A stretch of 64,000 nucleotides of DNA from Eledone cirrhosa (GCA_964016885.1 OZ024743.1:28148001-28212000); one strand, 5' to 3'; shown: positions 49,737-63,120, numbered from the stretch's first letter. The notes: generated from the letters alone by a model not told the origin. A program made the numbers and translations.

Positions 49737-52692
49737 TGGTAAAAGGAAAAGAAAATGCTGACAAATTGTTCCCAGTGAAAAATAGTTTAATTAGGAATAA
49801 GTAAAAATTAGTAATAGTATTGGTTAGTATTCAGTTTTGGTTTTAAGTTTTACCGGTTGCGCATTTCTAATGCTTTTCAAAAATAATTTTGAGATAGAGC
49901 GCCCGTGATGTTTGCTCTAATCTGATTAGTTTTGCAAATTCTACCTGTTTTATGTGAAAAAAAGTGGCTCCAGATGTATGAAAAAATTCTTGTGATCAAA
50001 ACAATTTTGATTGGTCGGTAGAGGTCATGTGAATGTTAAAAATTGATTTTGCGCCAAATGTAGGTTTGTCTCGGCTGATTGAGAAGTCACTGAAAAATAA
50101 GTCTTTTAAGACAAATATGTGTGTGTGTGTGTGTGTGTAGTAGTAGTAAAGAGGTTCGTTGTTGTGATAATGGTCAGCAGGGATGTGTGTGCAAACCGCA
50201 GCCTGCTGACAGTTCAACAGTTCAAATGACTATTAAGACAAGTGTGTGTGTGTGTGTGTATGTGTGTGTAGCAGAGTAATTCGTGGTAGAGGGATCGGTC
50301 AGTAGGAATGTGTCGGTACGTGTGTGGGGGATATTTTAACATGTTAAAAGATATTTTTCAGCTCTTGTCTTATACGGGAAGTGTGTGCGTGTGTGTGTGT
50401 GTATATGTCTCTTTGTATGTTAATGTACGCGTGTGTATGTATGTGTGTATATATATATGTGTGTGTGTGTGTGTGTGAATGTGTGTGTGTGTGTGTGTGG
50501 GTGGACCAGTATTTTTGTGATACTGGTGTAAAATGGTGTACATTATTCGATATTTTCAGTAAAAACGATTCTCTCAATAGAACATCAAAAACCTTAATCA
50601 TAATAGGTGTGAAATGATATATAGTATTGGCATAAGGCCAAGGTGTGTGTGAGTGTCCAGATTGTACGTACTGCAAGGGGAATCCATTAGGCCTTGCCGT
50701 ATTGGAATACTTGTGTACAAATATGTATGTGCCCATCAGTGTGCAATGCATGTGTGCGTATATGTATATGTGTGTGTCGGCACGTTTATATCTATAGACA
50801 TCAAAAGGTATGCAAATTTGTGTATATTTGTGTTCCACCATAAAGATGTATGTAGGATGTATGCTGATGTAGGTATGTATGTTGACGTGTGTATGTTGTG
50901 GGTTCGTCTTAGGGAGAAGTGTTTAGACGGGGTCCGTATTTGTTAATAAAGTGAGATTCCTTGCTGGTGCGCTGGGTGTGGGTGGTATTATCTTTAAATT
51001 TGTAGAGGGGAAAGATTCTGAAGTTGGGATGATTTTGGGCGGCACAGGTATCAATGGTATTTCCTGTATTCCCGTATTTTAATTTGGGATCTATGGACAG
51101 TCATGCGTTGGCGGAGGCTGTTTTTGGTCTGGCCTATGTATTGTTCTCGACAACCTGAGCAAGTTAATACATATATTAGATTTTCTGATGCGCATGTGAA
51201 ATTGTGTTTTACTATAAAACGTTGTCCTTCTTTGAAATAGAATTCCGAACCCTCTATTAGGTTGATGCATATGCCACAGTTGGGTCTATCGCATTTTTTT
51301 ACTGTGGGTTTCGTTGTTGTGGTTGGCAGTACTTTGGCATGTGTTAGGATGTTTTTCATTGACGTAGATTGTCTTTTGCTCTTTATGATATCGTGTGTTC
51401 GTAGGATTTGGTTCATTCTATGGTTCTTTTTTAACACAGGGTTGTCCTGGAGGATGGTGTCAAAAGCCTCATTGTTGAGGGGGTTGTGTGTGGAGATGTA
51501 TGGAAGAGCTTTTAGTTTCGGTTGATTTACTTTAGGGTGTCTAAGGTCCTGGGTACTGAGTTTTAGGGCACGTTGGATTCCATTGTCAATTAGTGATGCA
51601 GGGTAGTCCCTGCCTATGAGTGTGTCCTTTCGTTCTTGTAGCCGTAAGTAACAGGTGTTTTTATTGGAGACTATAGTGCAGATTCTCTTGGCTAAGTTGT
51701 AGGGAATATTGATTTTAACGTGTCTAGGGTGGCAAGAGTTGAAACGAAGATATTGCTTGGAGTCTGTGGGCTTGTACTATATGTCTGTTTCTTTTTTTTG
51801 TTATGAATCTTAATGAGGATGTCGAGGAAGGGGAGTTGTTGATGGCTGTATTCCATCGTGAAGTTAATATTCGTGTTGAGCCCATTTATAAGGGTGTGGA
51901 ATTCTTTAAGTTTCTCGATGTTTTCGTGCCAAAGGATGGAGCAGTCATCTAGATATCGCTTCCAGTTCCTTTCTATGTATAAGTGGAGAGTGTTGCCAAA
52001 TTTGTTTAGTACTTTAGTGTAGAGGGTAATTTCCAGGCATCCCATGACTTGGTTGGTATAAGTGGGGGCAGATTTCTGCTTGTAGGGTTTGTTATTGAAA
52101 ACGAAGTAATTGTTCTCCAAGATAAATTTGAGTCCCTCTATCACGAATTCTTTTTTGATGCGTTGTGGGAGTTCATTGTGGTAATTATCCAGCCAGAATT
52201 GGATAGCTTCTATTCCTAGGTTGTGGGGATGTTGGAGTATAGGTTGACTACATCGAATGTCACTAGTAGGGTTTGTTCAGAAAGGGGCATATTAGGGAGG
52301 TGATTGAGCATATCTAGGTCGTCCCTTATATAGCTTTTGATGTGTTTGAGAAAAGGCTTGAGAAGGGTATCAATGAAGTTGCTAAGGCGGTGGGTTTCGC
52401 AAGCGGGGCCTGCTATTATAAGTCTTAATTTGAGATCATTGGGTGAGGGGACATTGATGACTATGTCTGTGGGTTCCTTGCATGCCTTACTTATTAATTC
52501 GCTTTTATGTACTTTAGGGATACCGTAGAAAAGGCTGGATTTACTTGTGAAGTCTGTGATGAAGCTGAATTCCTTGTTAGTGAGTCCTTCTTTGTATTGG
52601 TTGATCAGAGTTTTTAGGTTTCTCATAATTTTCTGTTGATTGTAGTGTTCAGCCTTTTCGTAGTATGTTTCGTTTTCCAAAGTGGAGAGCGC

Positions 52693-52695
<3 letters not shown>
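49737..52695 (-). mobile_element. 5'-truncated decayed Penelope-like element (RT plus GIY-YIG; Neptune-like Cys linker)
   Basis: FYGIPKVHK, LRLIIAG, TFDVVNLYSNIP, WKRYLDD, FLDILI; CDRPNCGIC linker; NLIYVLTC..C...YIGQT...LRQRM..H. (TA)n at both ends. Confidence 0.9.
49848..49883 (-). ncRNA. Variant minimal hammerhead (U3-A8 covariant) at the Penelope 3' end
   Basis: Sense sequence UUU UUGAAAA GCAUU-AGA-AAUGC GCAA CCGG UA AAA. Palindromic ACCGGU helix III. GCAA replaces GAAA. Confidence 0.6.
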
Positions 52696-52763
<68 letters not shown>

Positions 52764-52792
52764 CGCTAAGTATATATATATATATATGCGTA

Positions 52793-52823
<31 letters not shown>

Positions 52824-53440
52824 TTGTATGTCTTTGCATAAGATACTGATCTCTATACCAAGGGTACATTTTGAACGATTTAACTCAGATTTTGGTATAT
52901 TGATCTCAAGTTTTTAAACTAAACAAATAGTCATTATTGAACAATGTTTAATTTCTCATATTATATATCTATGTCCCATTCATGAATATTGATATTTATA
53001 TTTTTATTATTCATTTCATATAAATTGTTAACTCAACTTAATATGACATGACGTAAAGTTTTCATTGTATCCCCCTCTCTCTATATAGTATTTCTCTCTC
53101 TTGAGTTTTTCTATCTGTATGATGACTTGATATCTCTCTGTTGCTTTCCTTTGTTTTTCTTATTTCTTCCTTTTTTCTTTCTTTTTTATTTCCTCCTATC
53201 TTTATTTATCTCTTTCTTTTCTCCATACATTTCTCTCTCTCTCCGATATTTCTCCAGGTTTTCTTTTCTCTCTCTCCGTCTTTTTTCTTTTTTTTCTTTC
53301 TCTCCGTCTTTTTCTAATTGTGCTTAACACTATGACTTATTAAAATAATATAAACAAATCACTATCCAGACAGCCTCCAAAAGTAATGGTTGCATTCTAA
53401 AAGAGTACGTCAAAGCTATTTGTAAAACTGTTATATATTG

Positions 53441-53505
53441 TATTTTGTCTGATGAAGGCATACCATAATTTAATGTGGTATCCCTGAAATATGTATAATG
53501 AAATA
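53441..53505 (+). ncRNA. Type I hammerhead ribozyme
   Basis: tattttgt CTGATGA aggcataccata-atttaa-tgtggtatccct GAAA tatgta TA atgaaata. Core intact, 8-bp stem I with wobbles, 40 nt before (TA)n. Confidence 0.78.
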
Positions 53506-53544
53506 AATATGGTTTTATAAATATAGTTTCCATTTATTAATATC

Positions 53545-53713
<169 letters not shown>

Positions 53714-53752
53714 TATATATATGTATATAGTATATATATATATATGTATAAA

Positions 53753-53795
<43 letters not shown>

Positions 53796-53805
53796 GTATA
53801 TATAT

Positions 53806-55775
53806 AACGAAGGAAATGTGGTAAGGAACCAGGTGGTCCATAACGCACCAAAGTACTCAATACTTAGGGTAGTAGAGTGGGTAATAGGAACAAGTAAGAC
53901 CCCGACGGCAGAGATCAAGCCGTTTCGACGGCTAATTCTGGACTAAATAAGAATGTTTAGCCTGGTAAATAAATAGCTGAACTTCTCAGGGGGTAATTCC
54001 TTATATGGGAAGATAGTAATTGTCGAAAGGATTGGTAAAAATTTGTTGTAAAGACAGATGATTCTATCATGGCATTTGGTGGGAGGTAGGGGTAGCTGAA
54101 CTTGCCGGTAGAACAAAGAGGTAGTGGGGAAAACCCAGTCAAGCGTTGAAAGTGAAATCTATACAGCAGATTCTAAGGATAGTGTATAGAAGGTCGAAAA
54201 AAGTGTACCGGAGAAGGGGGGGGGGGTGAATGAATAGGTAAATCGAAAGGGAGTAAACAAAAAAAACATTATAAAAATAAGGAAATAAATATATAAAAAA
54301 CAATTCTGGTTACTACTCTATTTCCACAATCACCAAATCTCTCATTGGTATTTCTAAGCTATAGAAAAGTTTAATAGGTGGAGAAAAATACTAAATACGA
54401 GATTTTAGTGAAATAATTTTATAAAGCCGGCTTTACAGGGGGTCTAACACCACTGCTATAGTTAGTTAGTAATCAGCCAGTTAGTAATCAGCCAATGCTA
54501 TCTTACAATAGCATTAATAAGTTGAGAACAAAAATACTAAATTACTACTACAAAAATACTAATACGAAATATTAATTCAGAATACTAATACAGAAATACT
54601 AATACAAGAATACTAATACAAAAATACCACTAAGAAATTTAGAAATAACAGAAATGGAGCAGCAACCTGAAAGAAAACAATTTACTGGGGTCTAACACAT
54701 CTGCTATAAAAAGCGTAATCGGCCAATTCTATCATAAAATTAGGAGGGGGGGGGGGGGTACTGAGGCTACAGAGGACCGATGGGCTGCATCGGGGTAGGC
54801 GAAAAGGTGAAAAAAAGACAAAGAAGGAGATCTGGGGTGGAAGGACTAGGAAGAGATGGGGGAAGAAGGAAATATTATAGAGGAAAATATAAAAAGTTAC
54901 GTCTACCTTAGTAAGCAGGGGTTACCCCTTACAAAATCGGCAAATGGGGTGTTTCAGCCCTTGTTACCCCCCCCCCCCCCCCCCCGGGTCATTATGGGAT
55001 TTGAGGGCGAGGTAAGTCCTACGCAATCTGTGTTTGCATGCAGTTACCAGTTCGTCTTTCTTGTTTAGGAGTTGGTCCTTCGAAAACAGCATTTGTAATG
55101 TTTCCTCCGAGCATAAGTTACACAGACGGCGTCCTCCCGTGTAAGAGTTAGCTCTGGACAGTAAGCTCCAAGTGAGATTGTAGGTTATATTATTATCTTT
55201 GAGGTCCCAGATGTGGCCCGAAAGTGTAGTGGCATGACGCCGGGTCGGGTTTTGGAAAGTATGTCGGTATAGGTAGAGCCGGGTCTTGAAGTCACAAGCG
55301 GTTAATCCTATATAAGCTTTGTTGGATGTGTCCGTCCTCACGTTGCACTGGTAGATCACATTACGATCTCGGCATCTGTTGTTGAGGGGGCAAAGGGATC
55401 TATCAGGACAGTTACACCTCCTGGTCGGCTCTCCACTGATGTCTAGGTTATTTCTTCCATAGGGGTTGAGTTTTTTGTTGTTAGAGGAGACGATGTTTTG
55501 TGCGAAGTTAGGTGTGGTGCTGTAGGAGAGTTTGATGGTGTTTTTGTTGATTATGTTGTGGTAGCAATGTTGTAGTGGGAAGTGTTTTTCCATGAGCCTA
55601 AAGAAGATTTTCCCGATAGGTGTTGTCACCTCGGCATTGTGGGGAGGATTGAACCACGTTACGTTGCGTGAGCGGCTGTGTCGCCTGCTGGTTCCGCTAA
55701 TGGAAGCTGGATAATAGGATATTTCTTCCCGGAAGCCACTCCGATTGAGGACCTGGTTGTAATAAGGTGCATCCC
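53806..55775 (-). mobile_element. 3' portion of a second Penelope-like element (GIY-YIG domain plus 3' UTR/pLTR)
   Basis: Part of ORF 54964-56028: WFNPP, KLSYS..PN, CNC...CPL...C, NVIYQC...YIGLT..FKTR, HIW.LKD, CNLC.EE. The ORF N-terminus is microsatellite read-through. Confidence 0.85.
53900..53993 (-). ncRNA. Degenerate type I hammerhead in the Penelope 3' region
   Basis: Sense sequence CCCC CUGAGAA G...long stem II...C GAAA CGGC-(9 nt)-GCCG UC GGGG. The core lacks one nucleotide relative to CUGAnGA. Confidence 0.6.
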
Positions 55776-55797
55776 CCCCCACACACACACACATACG

Positions 55798-55863
<66 letters not shown>

Positions 55864-56563
55864 GCACAAAATTACGTAAGGTGACAGTTGCATGTGTATC
55901 TCGTCAGCCACTTCACTGGCAATGTAGTTTCGCGCATTAATGTGGTACTGCACGTGCAATGCTAATTTGCGCAACAGTTTCGATGACCAGGCTGTTGGTG
56001 AGATGAATGTGAGACGATAACAAAACAAAGAAAGGACAGCAAAATTTACCTTTGTCTTTCGACAAAAGGATAGATAAATACGTAAAAAACTATTAGTTAA
56101 ATTAAAAAAAAAAAAAATTACTTCTCTATGACAAGAACTGCTTCATTTGTTTGAAATCTATATGATGTGTATATAAAGACACATACACACAAGCACGTAC
56201 ATGGAGACACATGCAATCATGCACACATACGCACACATATATACTTATATGGAAAATATACATGTGTATATTTAAAAACTGCTCATTAGCAGAGAAGTAT
56301 ATAAATATTTATTTCTTATGATAATCATGAGATTACTCTCTCAGGCTGTTCTAATATTCGTGAGTGGTTGCGAAATGTAGCAAAGGTGAATAATCTCAGT
56401 AATAGGGCATAATATATAGCATTTAAAATACACTTCATTCACAGTTGCATCAATAACATTACATATTGCTCACAATTCTTTCAAAATGAAAAGAATGGAA
56501 ATCTAAACACAAATAGAGAGAGAGTGAGAGAGCGAGAGAGAAAGAGAGAGTGTGTGAGAGAGA

Positions 56564-56657
<94 letters not shown>

Positions 56658-57092
56658 AAATCGTTTGCGTGTCGGAATAAATGACTCATGCACTTCGAAT
56701 ACATATCACATCGCCATAAATTGGTCTTCAACGGTTTCTGCTCGATAAATAAAGTATCACTATGAAGTATAGGATTGGCTGAATGCTCAAGCAACGGACT
56801 TGATTCCTAGGGATATCATTTTCTCTCTTCTGAGCTGCAATGTTACCTGTCATGTCACTGGTGACAAGGTGCATGGGTTCTTGCTTATTCCTTGTTGAAC
56901 GTCCGTACAGTTGAGAGGGTAGATCTTCATGCATGGACGTCTGCTGGTGTTGCTAAAAATTTTTCCTAGGCCCACACCTTGTAGAGAAATGTTCCAAGTA
57001 CAGTCGATGATTTCGTGAGACATACGGAGGCCTCAGACAGGAATTTCCTCTGATGAAATTACGAGAAAACACAGGAGTGTTTATAGAGTAAA

Positions 57093-59297
57093 TATACCGG
57101 CTTGTTATGAGTGAGGTCCGGGTGAGCTTAAGAAAGAGCAAGGCTCGGCCCCGGAGAACAATCTATGACTGGGGAGCTTTCAAGGAAGATGATAAGCTAC
57201 AGGAGAGATTCACAGTGGAAGTGAGAAACAGGTTTAGTGCTCTGTGTGGAGAGTCAGAGGAGAGAGAGAGATTGGATGGACTGAGGAGAGTGTGACGAGG
57301 AGGTACGGGCACTTCACCAATGCAGTGGCGGAAGCAAGTGAAACTCTGGTGCCGAAGAAAAAGAACCAAGGGAAGCACGTCAGCTCTGCAAACCCAAAAG
57401 TGTGTGCAGCCAGAGAACACCTGAAAGCTGCCAGGGACCAATTCTATGCTGATCCTACGGAGGAGAGGATGGAGACTGTGGAGGTGATGAGGGAAGAGCT
57501 ATGTACCGCTTACACTGAGGTCAGAGAGGAGGCACTGATAGAGAAGATCAGAAGTGTGGAGAGAGCGGTTGATAGATCTGGAAGTAAGGAGAGCTGGATG
57601 ATCATCAACGAGATCACAGGGAGGAAGAGAAGGTGTTCGAGTCAGATCCAGGGAACGGGGCCCGAGGATAGGAAGAGGAAATGGCTAGACCATTTTAGAA
57701 CCCTACTAGGAGAGCCACCCTCCACAGCCCAGAGCACTGGGGAGATCAGGCGGCTGTTTGAGGAACTGGATGTTGAGACAGAGCCCTTCACCAGAGAGGA
57801 GCTTCAGAGAGCCAAGAAGAGGATCAAGGAGGGCAAGGCTCATGGAGAAGATGGAGTGGAATCAGAGGTGATGAAGAGGTGTGATTTTGATGATATCATC
57901 CTGGGGTTCTGTAATAGGGCACTGGAGAGAGGAGTTGCCCCGAATCAGTGGAGGATCAGTAACATCGTCCCAGTACCAAAGAAGGGAGATCTCTCTAACA
58001 CCAACAACTACAGGGGGATCTCACTGACGTCACTTGTGGCAAAGACCATCAACAGGATGATTCTTAACAGGATCCAGCCTGAGATGGAGAAGAAGCTCAG
58101 GGACAACCAGAACGGCTTCAGAGAGGGTAGATCAACCACCAGTAACATCCTGATGCTGAGGAGGATATTAGAGGGAGCTAGAGCAAAGTGCCTTCCTGCG
58201 GTCATAGTTTTCATTGACTTTAGGAAGGGCTTTGATTCTGTGGGCCGTTACTGCCTGGTGAAGATCTTACAGGCTTATAGAATCCCCAAGAAGATAGTGG
58301 ACCTGATATCACTGCTCTACACCAACACCAAAGCCCAAGTCATTACACCTGATGGGATGACAGAGTCCTTTGAGATACTGGCTGGAGTGCTCCAGGGAGA
58401 TACATTGGCTCCCTACCTTTTTATCATCGTAGTGGACTATTGTATGCGCCTTGCACTGGAGAAACACCAGGACTCTGGCTTTACTGTAGCACCGGCTCAG
58501 AGCAGGAGAGTTAGGGCGAAAAAGGTATCGGATGCTGAATTTGCCGACGACATAGTTTTGGTGACAAATACAGTGAAGGAGGCAGAGGATTTGATGCGGG
58601 AGGTTGAGACTGTGTCGATGAGTGTGGGGCTGAGAATGAATGAGACTAAAACAAAATATCTGGTAGAGAATGTTAAGAAGCCAGAGGGATCACTAATGTA
58701 GGCGGGAAGCCGCTAGAATTGGTTGAGGGCTTCCTGTATTTGGGAGCAAAGATTGGGAATACGGAAGATGATGTGGTTGAGAGGAAGAGCAAGGCCTGGG
58801 CGGCGTGCCACAGCTTGAGATCGGTGTGGAAGTCGGACCTTCGTAGAGACCTGAAAATCCGCCTCTTCATTGCTGTAGTGGAGTCTGTGCTGCTGTATGG
58901 GTCTGAGACTTGGACACTGACCAAGAAACTCACTCAGATGGTGGATGGGTGCTACACGAGAATGCTGAGGATGGCTCTGAACATTAATCAGTATACACTG
59001 AGGATGAAAAACTCAGAGATGTATGGGAGCATCCCAAAAGTCAGCTCAAAAGTGACACAGAGGAGACTGAGGTTAGCTGGACATGCTCACCGACATCCAG
59101 AGTTGACATTGCACTCAGTGCTCATTTGGGAGCCCCCACATGGACACACTAGAAGGGGAAGACCAAGGTTAACGTATGTTGATGCCCTAAGGACAGAGAC
59201 TGGTCTGTTGGAGACGCAGGACATGGCAGCGATAATGAGGGACAGAGACCGCTGGAGAGAACTCGTCCATGGATCTCGGGAATTTTACCCGCCTTAG
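57093..59297 (+). mobile_element. 5'-truncated RTE-clade LINE
   Basis: ORFs 57107-57295, 57244-58701 and 58719-59297 carry NYRGISL, FIDFRKGFDSV, GVLQGDTLAP, EFADD, YLG, LLYGSETW and RRLRLAGH. Disrupted by a frameshift and a stop. Confidence 0.9.
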
Positions 59298-59406
59298 ATA
59301 TAGATAGATAGATATATATAAGTGTGTGTGTGTGTGTGTGTGTGTATGATTTTATGTATCGGTGTGTGTGTATATATCTATATCTAGGAATCAAGAGAGT
59401 GTGTGA

Positions 59407-59493
<87 letters not shown>

Positions 59494-60281
59494 TTCGAAT
59501 AATGACTCATGCACTCCGAATTCATATCACATCGTCATAAATTGGTCTTCAACGGTTTCTGTTCGATAAATAAAGTATCACTATGAAGTATAGGATTGAT
59601 ACACTCATACTTACATGACTCCCTATGTACATACATATATTCATTCATACATTCATACATATGTGTGTGCATATGTATGAACTCAACATGTTGAAACATA
59701 TATAACATCAATTATATATAAGAAATATTTGTATTATTCAAAGTGAAACTATGCTCATTAGGTATAATATCTGTTAAAGAACTAGACTCCTTTCAACATA
59801 ATCTATTATGCTTTCGATTCCTTTACACTTCACTTGATTAAATGAATAATAATTAATAATTTCCCTCTAAAATTATTTTATAGCGTAATTAATATTTTCG
59901 TGATGTATTGATTTGTAGTTTAAAGTAAGAAGAAAGGTCTATGAACCCTAACCCTAACCCTTAATTCAACAAGTGTAAGCTAGAAGAAATTAAAATAAGT
60001 TATTTGAAAGAATATAGTTCTCATAGAAAAGGCTCGAAATAATTTGGTTTTGCAATTAATATGACGCTTTGTCTATCAAAAGAAGTATACACCCAGACAA
60101 AAATGTAAATTTTGCAAATTGAAGAACGTTACTTCAATTCTGATGTTGAATGTAAATGAGATTATGTGATGATGATGATGATGATGATGATGATAATATA
60201 TATATATATATATATTTTCGTCTGTGTCTGAGAGTGTGTGTATAGTTTGGTTTATACACACACACCCTCATACACACACAG

Positions 60282-60387
<106 letters not shown>

Positions 60388-60856
60388 TTATACTTATTTG
60401 TTTTATTTAGCTTCTTAACGATTTATAAATAAAGTACCAGAAATCTATATATAAAGAAAATTGTATATTATTTATTTAATAGTCTATTAGATTTTATTTA
60501 AAACCCTATGAAACATTTTGATAAACTTACGAAGACAAGAACTAAAGATTCAGACCGGTTATTTATAATCAAATGCTTATTTTGAATGATGTGGAGAATC
60601 TGTGGTACAGAGGTCACATTCCCTAGATATAAATGCTTTTCATAAGGTAAATCGTTAATAAGCTAAACAAAGCAAATAATTATTATAATATTTTTCATCA
60701 TAATTTTTACATCTATTTTAACTTTAATTAGTATATAAACGAATTAATTTTAATATAACTTGACATATTCGGCTATAATACATACATTTTTCTTTTTAAA
60801 TAATCACCTTTTTAAATAATACATCTTTTCTTTTAAACCAATTTATTAATCCCATA

Positions 60857-61025
60857 TAATTGTTTCTACCTTTGGCACAAGGTCAGCAATTATCCCAATG
60901 TATTACTGGTTCTTCATTTTATCGACTCCGTAAGGATGAAAGGCAAAGTTAACCTCGGCGGGATTTGAACTCGGATCATAAAGCGCCGTAACTCTTCCGA
61001 CCCTCTACCGATACTGCCAATCCAC
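60857..61025 (-). mobile_element. tRNA-derived SINE
   Basis: Same family. Flanked by a ttattaatcccatataat direct repeat (TSD-like). Confidence 0.85.
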
Positions 61026-61227
61026 CACCCTTTATTAATCCCATATAATGATAACTTAGCCAGTTATAAATTAGTAATGCCCATTGTTAAATATTTTTTT
61101 CTACTCTCATAATATCTACTAAACTTAATTGTTTACATAAACTACGATAAATCGTCTACGAAATTAGAAATTTATAAATTTTTCTTTATTATATAGTTCC
61201 ATTATTAATTTGCATCCTAGGGCCGTA

Positions 61228-61400
61228 TAGGTAGAGAGTCGGACGCCATGTTTTCCAGCATAGTTACGTCCCTTTACGATCTGAGTTCAAATGCCGCCCA
61301 GGTTAACTTTGTCATTCATCCTTACGGGGTCGATAAAATAAAGTACCAGTAATGAACTAGGTAATTGCTGGCCTTGTACCAAAAGTAGAAACAATTATTA
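61228..61400 (+). mobile_element. tRNA-derived SINE
   Basis: Same family. An attattaatttgcatc direct repeat lies on both sides. Confidence 0.85.
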
Positions 61401-61907
61401 ATTTGCATCTTCGATTATATATTTTTTGGTATAGTATCTAATTTAATCTAACCCAAGGTATAAATAAAGTGCCTAACGGTCAATACTTGTTTTTGTTTTG
61501 ATTTTCTTTTACCAATCCAATGACATCATGCTATCGCCATTTCGAATACGTCAATACCAACTGTAATATTTCTCCAACTCAAATAATACCTTTTGTGTTG
61601 AGGTTTTTATATCTCATATGCTTGTTGGCTACGGATCTGAACAGGTCGTCTGATCGTCTGCATATCAAATGATTTCTACATCTCCAGTAGATTTTATCTA
61701 AAGAGAACATGTTTTGGCTTATGTTATACATAAGCCACCCATCTTCAAAATACGTATAATAAAATAAATTGGGATGGTCTAAAGTCCGGTGGGGGTGAAT
61801 TGGTACTCACAGGGGAACGGATGAAGAACCCAAAGGCACACACTTCGTCCGTTCCCATGTCGATTCAATTTGGATTGCCTCGGAAACATAACCTTATTAT
61901 GTAACAA

Positions 61908-61981
61908 GCTGTCTGATGATGTCACGACACTCGCACACAGAACAGTGTGGCCAGTGTCGTCATTGAAATATATATCACAGC
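61908..61981 (+). ncRNA. Type I hammerhead ribozyme
   Basis: GCTGT CTGATGA tgtc acgacact..cacac-agaaca-gtgtg..agtgtcgt catt GAAA tatata TC ACAGC. Perfect 5-bp stem I and a palindromic helix III. Confidence 0.78.
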
Positions 61982-62280
61982 ATTATTATTAAAGGACTTG
62001 AACATCTGAAACTACTTCGCTTTTCCTTATTCGATATTTACTCCGTCACTCCTATGTGGAAAAAGTACGTTGAGTGCTTGAATTGAATTGCATCAATATT
62101 TACCCTAAGTATATATATATATATATATATATATATACTTTGGGAGGGTCATGTTGCCAATAAGAAACACACGTACCAGTTGCTTTCACTTCAATTTATT
62201 ATAATAAATTTATAAATTTAGGAATTTATAAATTTCTGGTTGGTTGGTTGGTTCCACAACCAGATAGTTGTTTATATATT

Positions 62281-62323
62281 GTCAAAGTTCTTTCGTCACA
62301 CATTCTGTGACCTCTTCAGTGAC
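62281..62323 (-). ncRNA. Minimal type I hammerhead ribozyme
   Basis: Sense sequence GUCA CUGAAGA G GUCACA-GAAUG-UGUGAC GAAA GAAC UU UGAC. Confidence 0.75.
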
Positions 62324-62724
62324 TGAGGATTCTTTTCTTTGTTTTTGTGCCTCTCCTTTGTTCTGTCCTACGCCATTTTGTTTTGATGGTGTTGGTGTAA
62401 ACTCGGGACGAGGCACATTCTTTTATGAAGTGTAGTTGTCGAGATGTTATGGTTTTTCGTAGACAACAGAACATGGTGGTTTTCAGTATCTTGTTAGCCT
62501 GGCTAAGGCTTACGATATTTCGTTTCTGAATTTGTTTAGCAAGATTCTTTATCTGAAATCGTGTGTTGAAACCGATATTGTTATACTTTGGGAGGGTCAT
62601 GTTGCCAATAAGAAACACACGCACCAGTTGCTTTCACTTCAATTTATTATAATAAATTTAGGAATCTAGGAATTTATAAATTTCTGGTTGGTTGGTTCCA
62701 CAACCAGATAGTTATTTATATATT

Positions 62725-62767
62725 GTCAAAGTTCTTTCGTCACACATTCTGTGACCTCTTCAGTGAC
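62725..62767 (-). ncRNA. Minimal type I hammerhead ribozyme (copy 2)
   Basis: Identical motif 444 bp away. Confidence 0.75.
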
Positions 62768-63037
62768 TGAGGATTCTTTTCTTTGTTTTTGTGCCTCTCC
62801 TTTGTTCTGTCCTACGCCATATTGTTTTGATGGTGTTGGTGTAAACTCGGGACGAGGCACATTCTTTTATGAAGTGTAGTTGTCGAGATGTTATGGTTTT
62901 TCGTAGACAACAGAACATGGTGGTTTTCAGTATCTTGTTAGCCTGGCTAAGGCTTACGATATTTCGTTTCTGAATTTGTTTAGCAAGATTCTTTATCTGA
63001 AACCGTGTGTTGAAACCGATATTGTTATACTTTGGGA

Positions 63038-63120
<83 letters not shown>

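Larger units (their letters stand above)
62136..63038 (-). repeat. 444-bp tandem dimer between (TA)n tracts, one HHR per unit
   Basis: tactttgggagggtcatgttgcc starts at ~62136 and ~62584; a third partial start lies at ~63028. Confidence 0.92.

Noticed and set aside
55880-55990. Minus-strand gcgc...gcgc-gaaa hairpin with nearby ctgacga/ctgttg
   Set aside because: The core elements are not in a consistent HHR topology and position 17 would be G.
59945-59962. Telomeric (CCCTAA)n
   Set aside because: Only 2-3 units, which is not significant.
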